The notes under the pieces are model-generated. The model made no database searches. It was not told the DNA's origin and saw nothing but the letters and a program-made list of their open reading frames with translations. DNA of 64,000 bases from Macrostomum hystrix (taxonomy: Eukaryota; Animalia; Platyhelminthes), in NCBI GenBank assembly GCA_950097015.1, contig CATNEN010000037.1:4216001-4280000 (forward strand). The letters run 5' to 3'. Positions within the stretch are counted from its first letter, which is position 1, and each line of letters opens with the position of its first letter. Of the stretch, positions 47,741 to 60,267 are shown piece by piece. The translations under genes were made by a program, and so were the position numbers.

Positions 47741-50700
47741 GACCATGCTCGGAGCTGCAGCCGCGGCCCTGGCAGCCTGGCGAGCAAAAGCGGCACTGCG
47801 GTCTCGCTGGCTTAGACGCCGTTGCGGACCTTACCGTAGCCGGTGTCCTCGGCTCCCACAACGGCGACGCCGAATCTTTCACCTCCGTCACCTGCGCTTC
47901 CGGTGTGCCGTCGCCTCCCATCGAGCTGAGATCGAATGGAATCAGGCGCGCCTGCGTCTGCGCCACCCTCCCGACCCGCTGAGCCGCAGCCAGCGCCGCC
48001 GCGTTGGCCAAAGTTGCCGCATCCGCCGGCCGCTGCGCATCGCCATCCTCGCCGATTTCGTTCGCGGCATCATTTCTGCGCCATCGCGGAGTAGCCGACG
48101 ATGACTTTCGAATCATCGATGAGGATGCTGACGAGGATACAGCGCCCATGTTCTCTTGAACGACGCCGTTCGACTGGGGCACTTCAATGACAAGAGCAGC
48201 TCCGGCCGGAGCTGTGGCTGCGGTGGAGCCGGCGGCGTGCGAAGAAGATCGGCGCTCGCGACTGCCGGCCGTAATAAACTCAGCCCGTTCGCTGTGGCTG
48301 CTGCCACCGCCGCTGCCGATTTCGCTATCGTCGCCTTCGACTTCGCCAAACCAGACGGCCCGGAAGAAGCGCTCGCCGCACAGAGCGGACAGCGCCAGCA
48401 GCACTAGAGACACCGTCCAGGAGGCCAGCTGCGCCGTGGTGATGAGGCTGTAGTAGCGGGGCCCCCGAAAGTACAGGTAGCGGGACGCCTCTCGGCCGCA
48501 ATTGCCGTATCCGTCAGCGCCACCGCTTCTGCCACCGCATTCGCTCAGCTTCCAGGGCATCGACTGGATGACAGAGCAGGCCAGGCCGCCACTGCGGAAA
48601 TGACGGCTTTTTTATGCACTATGATCTCATAGATTGTAGTCACTACACTAAGATCAGTAGGACAACTCCCCCGTGGCGCTGAATTTCCCTGAATCTAACA
48701 CCCAACACCCCTGAATCTCCAACGCAACACCCCTGAATCTCATAACCACCACCCCTGAATCTCATAACCACCACCCCTGAATCTCATAACCACCACCCCT
48801 GAATCTCATAACCACAACCCCTGGATCTCATAACCACCACCCCTGAATCTCACACCCAACACAACTGAATCTCATAACCACAACCCCTGAATCTCACACC
48901 AACCACCCCTGAATCTCACACCCACAACAGAATCTCCAACCCAACACCCCTGAATCTCACACCCAGCACCCCTGAATCTCACACCCAGCACCCCTGAATC
49001 TCACACCCAGCACCCCTGAATCTCACACCCAGCACCCCTGAATCTCACTGCGTTTCAGCGGCCAGCTTCTGCGCAATCTCGCTATCGTCCAGGTCGCGCA
49101 GGATGGCCTTGCACCAGAAGGTCTGGCCCAGGGTGAGCACGCAGCTCGAGATGAGCTGACTGGTGCACAGAACGGAGTTGAACAGCAGCGACGGAAATAT
49201 GAGGCGTCTCAGATGCCTGGCGTTTCGAGATGCAAGTTTAAACTGGTAAGAAATTTCCCAATCTTCTCAGTCACAAGCTGAACACACTTCAGTGCAATTC
49301 CAAATGAAGGAGTAACAAGAAATGAAGAGAAATATTTTCGGCCAATTACTGCTCAATTTCCACTGCCGCTTGGTGAGCTCAAGCAAAAATTTAGTTCTTT
49401 CGCCTTTTTAGGCCGTAGGGCTGAATTTCTCATCTGCTCTGCAAATTTACTGTTACTCATAATTTCACATTTCAGCTGCCAAAATGATCCCCTTTGGTAT
49501 TATATACGAGTACAGTGCTAGCTACATTTGTTGTAGCTCAAAGACAGCTTAAATATTAAATTATTCATAATAATAATAAATAATAATTGATTACACCTGC
49601 CCCAATCGGGCCAGGTGTGCAGCCGACAGCACAGCCGCAGCTATTGCGCAGCGCATCTGAAGACTGCGTACGGCTGTTCAGTCCATGGACTGGGGGACCC
49701 CACAACCACCTTCAATTATCCCAGCTAATGCTGGTACCCATTTAACAGCTGGGTGAACTGAAGCAATGCAGAGTTAAGTGTCTTGCTAAAGGACACAAAT
49801 TGTTTCAGTGGAGTCGGGAATCGAACCCCTTGGAGGCAATTCTTCTGCAATTTGCAGCCCGATGGGCCTTGATTATTTAACATTACAAACTAATTACAGA
49901 CTCAACTTTTGTGCATCGCTCATAAATTAGAAAGACGCTTTCTAAGCAACAAAAGTACAAGACTAAGGCAAGCCAGAAAAGTACAAGCCTACAATAATTG
50001 GGCAAGCAGCAGCGGAACTGTCAGCATCCACTCCTTAGCCATGGAGTATGCACCGGGGCTATGTGAGTGAAACTTTCCGTGAAAGCATTTTCACATTTTC
50101 CATGCCTCAAATGATCGAATGCCAAACCAGCAACAGGTGATTGCCTTGGGCCTCATTTTACGTAAAGATTCCAACGGCTGTTATATTCATCAAGACATCA
50201 AGACAAGACGTCGTACCAGTGAAAGCGTGTGTGTTCAGAGGTTCATGCAACAACCTTTCATGATTGCCTCCTCGCTGCAGCTGCGTGTCGACTGTTGCTA
50301 AAGCATGCGCCAGTGGCCTACAACCCCTTGTGATTTAGTTTTATATAATTGGCCCGTAATATGACGAAAGCGGCGAAAATGCAACAAATCGTCTGATTTT
50401 ACCCGTGCTGATGTCGGCCATGGCCTGGGCCGTTAGTGGAATGCGCGCCGCCACCGTTGCTAACCAGAGCGTAGAGCAGGCCCCACAGCAGGCTGAAACC
50501 GGCTGTAATTCCAGCCAAGTACATGGCGTAGCGGCAGGTCTTCATTTCGCCAGTCTTAACACCGCCGGATAGACGCAGCGAGTGCTTGCCGCGGTTCAAC
50601 CGTTTGTACGAGAATGTGCCATTGCCAGCAGGCAATGCTGAGGTCCTAACTGTAGGTTGCGGCGGAGGCGGTGGCGGTGGGAGGAGCTCTGCCTTGGCCG

Positions 50701-50893
50701 GCCATGCGTACAGCGGACAGTCGCCGTCCAGATCGGACATTGCCAGCTGGAGGGCGACGCAGACAACAACGGAGAAGGCGCAGGCCGCTGAGTAGAGGGC
50801 CAGCTGGGCCCAGCGGATCCACCGGTGCTGGCAGCGCTGCCGCCGGCGCTGCCGCTGCTGCCGCTGCTCTTGGCGGCGATGGCTGCTCAGCAT
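47733..50893 (-). CDS. TMEM179: TMEM179-like four-TM protein
   Basis: Exons 50893-50465, 49242-49049 and 48591-47733 join in frame. AQLALY...CPLYA, ISSCVLTLGQTFWCKAI, CSVIQ and YYSLITTAQLASW match TMEM179 blocks. The C-terminus may continue via a donor at ~47748. Confidence 0.8.
48695..49048. repeat. ~21-23-bp minisatellite (CACCCCTGAATCTCACACCCAG)n filling TMEM179-like intron 2
   Basis: Periodic CCCCTGAATCTC core; on the sense strand the first unit begins exactly at the donor GT (49048). Confidence 0.93.
49610..49830 (-). mobile_element. SINE family A copy in TMEM179-like intron 1
   Basis: GGGAATCGAACCCC (reverse B-box) and GAGTTAAGTGTCTTGCTAAAGGACACA; colinear with 355-600. Confidence 0.78.
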
Positions 50894-52826
50894 TTTATTA
50901 TTCCAACAAAATCAAACCCAGTCTCTGAACTGGACTGCATCGCTTTCGGATGACATTGAGAGGCACATGCATATCACACTTGTATCTCAACGATTTTGGC
51001 CAAGGAATAAACGATTATAGTCTGCTGCATTGGGATTTGCACAGGTGCAGCTGACCAATAAAGGACAAGCGAGTCTTCCCAGTCCAGATCCGGTCTTGAC
51101 CAACACATCCCAATATTTTCTCTTCCTCTCGCTCTAGTACTCGTAAAATATTCCTATCCTGACTGGATCCCGGCCCTTTTAAGTCTCTCGCGTCATTTTC
51201 GCGAAACTACACTTTACCGAGTTATTTTCTGGAGCCTGTTTCAGCTAATTGGCTTATACTCTTTCGGTTTATTGTAAGCCACTTTAACTTGAAATCCTAA
51301 GTAATTGTGGCCATTTAGCTTTCAGTGAAATGGAAGTGCAGTATAGGGAGAACATTTCGGTTTTGGCAGAGCGAAATATGTCTAGAAAGTAAAGCAGGTC
51401 CCATAATTAGAATATAAGAGAGTAATTTTTTCATTAAACAACAAAGATCTAAAGGAAAGAAAAATAATTTTTAGATCATGAAATCTATTTTTAATATGCA
51501 TTATCAATAGACACAGCAGTGTGTTAACTTGAGAGTAGCTTCTTTATCAAAAAATCCATGAAAACTAAAATAAACACGCAAGCACCAAACAGTACAAGGC
51601 GGAACTTGCGTCATTGATACTTGCGAGAGCATGTGAGCATACGTTAAACACACTGGAAGGCGGAAAAGTTGGACGAGACGAAAGCGAGCGACACTTCTTA
51701 AGAGATAGTGATGAAATTTATTTAAATTATAACATTTTTCATATTTTCTTTAAAAATAGTTGTGATCGGCGGCACATGTACGCGCCCGAGGCCGGGGCTT
51801 GAAACCCCCGCGAGACGCTGGGCTATGTTTGCGAAAATCATGCAAAATAGGACAATAGAGTAAAAAGTTTTTTTAACTGATTTGTTTCCGGAACGTATCG
51901 AGTAAAAGTTCAAACAAAAAAAGTAAACAATTTAGGTCATTTAAGAACTATATCAATAGTGTATTGGCAGTGTTGTCACTTGCGCAAGAGAGCACAATAA
52001 GAGTATATACAAAAGTTAGGGTAAGTTTGATAGAATGATATTTGCGAGACGAAATAAAGGAGAAAAAAACTAATAAAGTCTAGAACAGTAGCTCAGTATT
52101 TTAGGGCCTACTCGACAAATATCGGTCAAACGGGCATCTTGCCCTTCTTGCAAATACTAACTAAACTACCTCTGATTTGCCCTAACTTTATTAATGATAA
52201 TTTTAGTCCTACCTATATTCCGTTTTGTGAACATGTAAGGTGTATAATGTGCATAGTGACTTAGCTTAGCCTTGTCAAGCCATGGCATAAAATTGTGTTC
52301 AGCTAAGAAAGAATTCAATATATTATTGGAACACATTTTTTAAGTGGACAATTATGTTTAGCCTAACACCTAGTAGCTGGACTAATGACTAATGTAAACT
52401 GATGAATTAAAAAAAGTGTTGTAGGGCCCTTTCTTCAAATAGCTATTCTGCTGTTTGTCTCCAATGATTAAGTTTTATTCACTATTTGAATTTCACTAGT
52501 GTACTCCCAGTAGAGTTATATTTAACTATGAATTTACTATTTATATATAAATGACTTCCATTTATCTAATGTTATGACAATAATTCCAGTCCTTGTAAGG
52601 AAAGACTCCTTTGTTATATGTATTTCTATCTAGGTAGCAATTTGCATGTGTCTGAGCAGCAAGACACTTCAATAATAAATTGTCAAAATGCACTGGTTTA
52701 TTTGTAATTTTCTACAATACTGATTTGAGTTTCCAGTCCAGTCTTTTGCCCCATGTTAAAACTGTATGTTATTCTATAATATACATGTTAAACTGCATTG
52801 AAATGTTTATTAAATCTCAATACATA

Positions 52827-53723
52827 CAAGGTGCATTCAAAAAGTTCTTTTTGGTCTTTTGGCATTGTTTTGTAAATGACAAACAGAACAGATTTTTTTT
52901 GAATGCTGCAAGTTAAGTTTATGGCCTAAACCTTCCTGAGTTTTTAAGCCTTAGCTGGTTACTGTATCTAAGCTACAATAAATTTTTTAAGCTACCCTTC
53001 TTTTTCTTGGCCATGGCAGAATCTTTTTCAAAGCAAGATATTTGGAGCTTGATGAAGTTCCAATTCCTGCAAGGAAAGAAACCTCCAGAGATGTTTAGAG
53101 AGCTTCAGCAAGTGTTTGGTGACAGTGGACCAACTGAACAGACTGTTCAAAAGTGGTTCCGGATGTTTGCTGAAGGCAGAGAGAGCGTCGAGGACAACAA
53201 CCGCTCTGGAAGACTGATGACTGCCACAAACAAGACCATGGTGAAGAAAGTGCAGGAGCTCGTGGATGATGATTGGCGAAGAAATTCAGCAAGTGTGTGC
53301 CACACCTGCTGACAGGTGAGCAGAAGATACAAGAGCTCCAGAAGTTGGTGCTCTGGCTGCCACCAACCACCTGCGCCATTTCCAGCGAGAAGGAGATAAT
53401 TTTCTTTCATTGACCCTACTTGCCCGATTTGTCACCCTGTGACTTCTTCCTATTCCCATCTATGAAGAAGCACCTTCGGGGTATTTGATTCGACAGCATC
53501 GAGCACATCAAAGCTGCTTGCCAAGGTGTGGTGTGTGAAATGGATGCAAGAGGCGTGGGTACTGGAATCAGAGGTCTGGTGATGCACCAGAAGTGCAAGG
53601 ACATTGGCAGTGATTTTTTTGAGTGACCAAATGACATTGAATGACCTAACCATGTTTTAATTATTCCATACATTTTTATTAATTTTTGCTAAGCACCAAA
53701 AAGAACTTTTTGAATGCACCTCG
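52827..53723 (+). mobile_element. Internally deleted mariner transposon (~0.9 kb, non-autonomous)
   Basis: 29-bp TIRs CAAGGTGCATTCAAAAAGTTCTTTTTGGT (1 mismatch) with TA on both sides; N-terminal HTH ORF (53007-53312), then CVPHLLT and PYLPDLSPCDFFLFP remnants; catalytic core missing, with stops and frameshifts. Confidence 0.92.
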
Positions 53724-54547
53724 TAAATGCACTAACAAAATTACTGATTGGCTAGAACAGTAACAATACACAAATTTAACTAGTCTGAAGATAGAGAGCA
53801 CAAGACATAGTCTGGATCTGGATGCAAGTGAATTGGCACTATTTATTGCCAAATATAAAGGCAGACATATTTTGTGCAAGCAAGCAAAACTACTAGCCAC
53901 TCGGATAGTGACAGTTTTCCTTGCAAGAAAAGTGAGGTGAATTCACAAATAACAGGTTTGGTTAATTAGCTAGCTGGCTGTTGAGTTTCTCCTTCAATGT
54001 AGTATTGCAGTAGATAGGAGTATAAGAGTGCAGCTTTCTACACTTTACCATTCTGCCAGACAGCTGATAGTGATTGTCTGAAATCACTGCAGTGCAACAA
54101 AATGATGGTTCAAAATATACCTGAATGCTTACTATCATTTTTAATGCTAACATCGAGTGTCACCAGTTTTAACATGAGCAGAATTACTTTTTGAATGGCA
54201 CAATAAAGTTTACAAAGCAGATAACACCTTGCATTGTATAGTTTGTTTTGCAACAATACCGTCTCATGCTTTGTTACTAAAGTGGTAGCATTGCTTAGGT
54301 CCTCCCACCTATATCTGAATACTATTATTTAAACGATACCAAAAGTATATTAATATCTGTGGATTCTTTAGATTAATTGACTGATGGTCATATTATCTTG
54401 GCTTACGAAGGCAGGCCAGAAGTTGGCTATAAAGGAAATATTTTTTTGCAACTACCTAGGGGCATTTGATTGTAAATATATATATATATATTGGGGCAAA
54501 GTATATAAAGACTCCACAATCCACATGGCTAATTACATAGCAGCAGA

Positions 54548-54928
54548 ATGAGTAACGCCAATCGACCAGGTCAGTACACCTATGGCTCGGGTGCCACGCC
54601 GCCTGGCAGTGCGGCCGGCAACACTGGAGGTTCTAATGTCCCCAATGACCAGATGAATAAACTGCAGCGCGAAGTTAATGATGTCACAGGCATCATGCGG
54701 GACAACATGAACCGCGTCATCGAGCGAGACGCTAACCTCAACGACCTGATGGCCAGATCCGACAATCTGCACGAGTCGGCCATTGTGTTTCAGCGCACCA
54801 CCCAGCGAGTGTCGCGTAAATACTGGTGGCAGAATACCAAGATGAAGATCATCATTGGTGTTGTTGTGGTTGTGCTCATTGTTATCATCGTCATTTCCAT
54901 TCTGGCATCTACTGGTGCTTTTAAGTGA
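54548..54928 (+). CDS. VAMP: Synaptobrevin/VAMP R-SNARE, intronless CDS
   Basis: R-SNARE motif LQREVNDVTGIMRDNMNRVIERDANLNDL, RKYWWQN and a C-terminal TM helix. Confidence 0.95.
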   Translation: MSNANRPGQYTYGSGATPPGSAAGNTGGSNVPNDQMNKLQREVNDVTGIMRDNMNRVIERDANLNDLMARSDNLHESAIVFQRTTQRVSRKYWWQNTKMKIIIGVVVVVLIVIIVISILASTGAFK

Positions 54929-55974
54929 TGCGCTTTGGTCCATTGTTTTTTGTTTGAAAAAAACAAGCAGACTTAACTTAGCACCACTGACGCTGCACTG
55001 GTTGTGAATATTGGGTCCAGCGATCGATTTTGCCTTAATAATTAATAGGATTTGCTCGTATTTCGTTTGTTATCACAAAATCATGAAATCATTCTATTTG
55101 TGTAGCTATTTTTTATATAAAATAATTTTTTTAATATAACGACATTCTAATTTTGCAAGCATATTTTTGTTTTATTGTTATCCCTGTTAAGTTTATCTTC
55201 CCGTTACAAATAATATGTTATTTCAAGCATTACTTGCTGATAAAAACTTAAACCAGTCTCCAATTCATTGAAATTGCACTGGGTCGCCTATCTTACACAG
55301 TTTGATTTAAAGTGTTAGCTGTTCGCATATTCAGTTATAGACTGCTTCCGTACTGTTTTATCGAAGCTGAAAATCGTGTAACCCGGATTCCCAGAAACTA
55401 AAATTAGCTTCAAACTAATATTCATTAGTAGTCTTTCAATTGATTTATTAAATGTTTCTACCTGCTCTGACTGATGCAGTGCTACTAATCATTAAGCAAT
55501 TAAATCAGTCTTCCCACAAAATACAGTTTATTATAGCTGTGTTTTAAATTGCTCCACCCTCACTACTGATGACTATTTAGGAAGTCGATATAGTACTGCA
55601 CTAAAGTTTATATTCAGCGATTTTAGAGTTATTAATGTTTTATTATTTTACCTGTCAGTAGCCGAACAAAGCCTGCTGGTTGTTTTGGTGCCTCCGTCAG
55701 CCCAGTGCTCAGTTTCTTCGTTTTTTTGTCAGCCTTCATATTGTGCTAATATACCGGGATATGATTTTATATATTTCTACCAAAAATATCAATTTCGTGC
55801 AATCTGCGGCTTTACGTCTTCACTTAAATACTAATTGTTCTTTAAAGTAAGAAATTAAACCATAACTCGGTAATTCCTTATCATTTTAATACAAAAAGCT
55901 AATTTGTTATTGTTGACCAGTTGCAAATTTTGATTTTTTCTGCTTTTTACTCGTCATGACAACATTTAAAATCT

Positions 55975-56932
55975 TGACTGACGCTTACGATTACACAGCA
56001 TGACTGACGCTTACAGACACAATCACACAGCTTGACTGATGCTCACAGACAAAATCACACAGCTTGATTGACGCTTACAGACACAATCACACAGCTTGAC
56101 TGATGCTCACAGACACAATCACACAGCTTGACTGATGCTCACAGACACAATCACACAGCTTGACTGATGCTCACAGACACAATCACACAGCTTGATTGTC
56201 GCTCACAGACACAATCACACAGCTTGATTGTCGCTCACAGACACAGTCACACAGCTTGATTGTCGCTCAGACACAGTCACACAGCTTGACTGTCGCTCAC
56301 AGACACAATCACACAGCTTGACTGATGCTCACAGACACAATCGCACAGCTTGACTGTCGCTCACAGACAATCACACAGCTTGATTGTCGCTCACAGACAC
56401 AATCACACAGCTTGACTGATGCTCACAGACACAATCACACAGCTTGATTGTCGCTCACAGACACAGTCACACAGCTTGATTGTCGCTCAGACACAGTCAC
56501 ACAGCTTGACTGTCGCTCACAGACACAATCGCACAGCTTGATTGTCGCTCACAGACACAATCACACAGCTTGACTGTCGCTCACAGACACAATCGCACAG
56601 CTTGACTGTCGCTCACAGACACAATCACACAGCTTGACTGATGCTCACAGACACAATCACACAGCTTGATTGTCGCTCACAGACACAATCACACAGCTTG
56701 ACTGATGCTCACAGACACAATCACACAGCTTGATTGTCGCTCACAGACACAATCGCACAGCTTGATTGTCGCTCACAGACACAATCACACAGCTTGACTG
56801 TCGCTCAGACACAGTCACACAGCTTGACTGATGCTCACAGACACAATCACACAGCTTGATTGTCGCTCACAGACACAATCACACAGCTTGATTGTCGCTC
56901 ACAGACACAGTCACACAGCTTGACTGTCGCTA
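55975..56932. repeat. 32-bp minisatellite (GCTTGACTGATGCTCACAGACACAATCACACA)n
   Basis: 32-nt period with interleaved variants (CTGATG/TTGTCG/CTGTCG) and 30-nt deletion units. Confidence 0.97.
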
Positions 56933-57212
56933 ACGGTCATTAAGCGTATGATTTATAAAAACTTGAAAACTCTAATTTCAAAAGGCTGTAGGGAATTGTT
57001 ATTCGTATTATAATCGTATAATACTAATTCAGACATAAGTAAGACAAGTGCTAGCAAGTGCTTTTTACTTAAGTAAAAAGTGCAGCGGCAGCTTTTCTTT
57101 ACAGGAAGAATTTTCGGTGGCTAAGGCAATACTGACGCCACGAGTCCAGCAGAAGTTCGACGCAGAAAACTGTCAATCAAGGTTTGAAAGTCCATCTATA
57201 TCGGGCTGTCAA

Positions 57213-58613
57213 TCAGATATAATTTAAAAGGCTCAAGTTAAGCTTAAAAGAGAATATCTGAGACTTGTCTTTTGCTCTGCGTTCCAGCATGTAGATTAGC
57301 TGCATCTCCGGGCTATAGACTGTGCAATAGGGGCTGAAGTTGAGGCTCAGGCGTAGCGCTAGGCTGAACCGCGGCACTGGGAAGCCATGCTGCTTCGTTT
57401 TTCTGAAGCCCGTGTAGCAGTACACATCCAGGCTCTTCTCCATCTCTTTGCTCAGCATGACAGTGCGGTGCGTGTCTTCCGCCTGGATGGTCACCTCGCC
57501 AATCATCGGAATGTCGTCAGCAAACGAAGTGAGCTTGAAGCCGGTGTCCAAATGAAACACAATCACGCGACCGTCATTCTGCACCGCCAGCAGATAGGTG
57601 AACAGCAGTATGCTGACGCAGAGGGGTCTGGTAAGGAAGCCCCGGCCAATCAACAGGCTGGTCTCCTCGGACATTGGCTTTCGCAAGTCGAACTGCATGA
57701 TGACGTCGTTGCTAAACGATTAAGGCACATCCAATCGAAAGGACAGGTTTTGGGTTATTCCTTGATTTTTTGTTAGCTTTATGATAAACCCATGTGGTAG
57801 TGCCACCCCGTGTGGTAGTGCCGCCCCCGTGTGGTAGTGCCACCCCGTGTGGTAGTGCCGCCCCCGTGTGGTAGTGCCACCCCGTGTGGTAGTGCCGCCC
57901 CCGTGTGGTAGTGCCACCCCGTGTGGTAGTGGTGCCTCCTGTAGTAGTGGCCCACCCATGTGGTATTGCCACCCCCATGTGGTAGTGCCGCCCCGTCGTA
58001 TCGTTGCACCCCGTGTGGTAGTGCCGCTTCCATCGTAGCGTTGCACCCCATGTGGTTGTGGCGCCCCCATGTGGTAGTGGTGCCCCCATCGTAGCGTTGC
58101 ACCCCAGTTATGGCGCCCCGAAACCGTGCCCCCAGGAAAAAAATCCAGGCTGCCCGTGTGGTAGGGTGGCCGCCTTAAAGCTGCCCGCCTTAAATAGACA
58201 ATCTGTGCTCACCGTCTGTCAGTGGCGAAAACGAAGTTTTCAACGAGTATTAGGCTGGTTAGATACCTGTGCCAGATCTCGTATTGATCAAGCACCTCAC
58301 CCTGCCGGTTGGCCTTGACCAGCCTGCCGTACGGATGCGTGAGGAACACGACAGTATCATTGTTAACAGCCACGGATGTCGCATCGATAATCCAAGTCTG
58401 CACACTGTGTTCTATCTTAAAGTTGTCGTTTCTGATGGCAAAGTTACTGACGATGCCGTGGTCGGAGTGCAGTGCCAGCAGTCGATTCTTGCACTTGTCC
58501 AGCCACAGCATCTCCACTGGCTCTGTAACGAAGTGTTCGTGAAGCTGAAAATATGGCGTGTCAGCGAGCCTGTCTGCTGTTGCAGCATTCGAAGAGCCGG
58601 CATTATGCGCCAT
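57213..58613 (-). CDS. Uncharacterised beta-propeller-like (NHL-type) protein, 2 exons
   Basis: Exon 58613-58213 (gtgagc donor, phase 2) joins in frame to 57711-57213; repeated beta-strand blocks (ATSVAVNNDTVVFLT, NFVFATDRRNDVIMQFD, LLAVQNDGRVIVFH). The fold call is inference. Confidence 0.7.
57790..58110. repeat. 18/19-bp minisatellite (GTGTGGTAGTGCCRCCCC)n, intronic
   Basis: Alternating 18/19-nt units that decay rightwards; inside intron 58212-57712. Confidence 0.95.
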
Positions 58614-58858
58614 TTTATCCGGACAGAACTATCTCAGCTTGTTGCTTCGTTTTACTACCAAATATACGACTAAGCTTCAACTGCTTGCCAAAAACGAGAA
58701 TGTCCGTCCGACCGTCCTACCGAATCCGCAAAACATTTTTAGTTTATGGCTGATCGGCATTTAATAAATCGATAAATAGAATATCAATATAGGATTCAAT
58801 ACTTGGTTTTGAGTGCTTAAATGTCTTGGCACGAGTGCGCGAAGCGCATTCCAAAATA

Positions 58859-60267
58859 TAGCTTTTTTCAGCCTATTTGGGCTTACGCGCATTTAATTTA
58901 ATCCGGGATATGTTTGTCAATGTAACTGAGCTTTAGTCTGTGGTCACAAGGGTGGCGCAGCAGCATTTAATTTAGTCCAAGAAGCATCAATTTGGTCCAT
59001 AGCGGCTCTCTAACTTCAGTCCTAGATTTTTAATCTATTTAGAATTAACATGACGGACACAAGCAGTGAGGACGAAAGCAATGCTTCATTTGCAACTGCT
59101 GCGGAGGAACAAGATCAGCCCCAGAATTGTGGACCATATGCTATCGAATGAGCGCCACGGACTTGTGATCGAAGCACTCGACAGAGGTGAACACCCAAAT
59201 GACATTGCAAGGTTGCTGAATGTCAAAGAAAAGACTATTTATAGCATCCGTCAGCGGGTTGAAACTACTGGCAGAAGAGATCGTCTGCGAAGGGGCGGCA
59301 ACCGCCAAAGCAAGTTGTTGGAGCCTCAGGTCCAACTGCTACTAGATGCAATTGAAGCAAACCCTCTGTTGACGTTGCAGCAAATGCAGCAGAAGTTGAA
59401 CCAACAGTTTCAGTTGGTTGTCAGCATTTCGACTATCAGCAGAGCTCTGGAAAAGCGACTGATAACACTGAAAATTCTTGGAAGAGACACTGACATTCGA
59501 ATTCGAGTCCAAATGTTGAATCCAGTCTCGTCTAGATAAACCAGATGAACCGCAGGGTCAAGAGCCGTTAGCCATTCAGCAAATTCCTGCCTTCTCGCAA
59601 CCGTCTGAGGGCTGTTGCGTACCATTGGAATGTCAGTGTCTCTTCCAAGAATTTTCAGTGTTATCAGTCGCTTTTCCAGAGCTCTGCTGATAGTCGAAAT
59701 GCTGACAACCAACTGAAACTGTTGGTTCAACTTCTGCTGCATTTGCTGCAACGTCAACAGAGGGTTTGCTTCAATTGCATCTAGTAGCAGTTGGACCTGA
59801 GGCTCCAACAACTTGCTTTGGCGGTTGCCGCCCCTTCGCAGACGATCTCTTCTGCCAGTAGTTTCAACCCGCTGACGGATGCTATAAATAGTCTTTTCTT
59901 TGACATTCAGCAACCTTGCAATGTCATTTGGGTGTTCACCTCTGTCGAGTGCTTCGATCACAAGTCCGTGGCGCTCATTCGATAGCATATGGTCCACAAT
60001 TCTGGGGCTGATCTTGTTCCTCCGCAGCAGTTGCAAATGAAGCATTGCTTTCGTCCTCACTGCTTGTGTCCGTCATGTTAATTCTAAATAGATTAAAAAT
60101 CTAGGACTGAAGTTAGAGAGCCGCTATGGACCAAATTGATGCTTCTTGGACTAAATTAAATGCTGCTGCGCCACCCTTGTGACCACAGACTAAAGCTCAG
60201 TTACATTGACAAACATATCCCGGATTAAATTAAATGCGCGTAAGCCCAAATAGGCTGAAAAAAGCTA
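58859..60267. mobile_element. Palindromic (fold-back) Tc1/IS630-like element: two inverted 5' halves
   Basis: Arms 58857-59498 and 59628-60269 (642 bp each, including TA) are reverse complements with identical ORF translations. The 129-bp spacer continues the minus-strand transposase to HLVYLDETGFNIWTR. TA at both outer ends; flanks unrelated. Confidence 0.9.
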
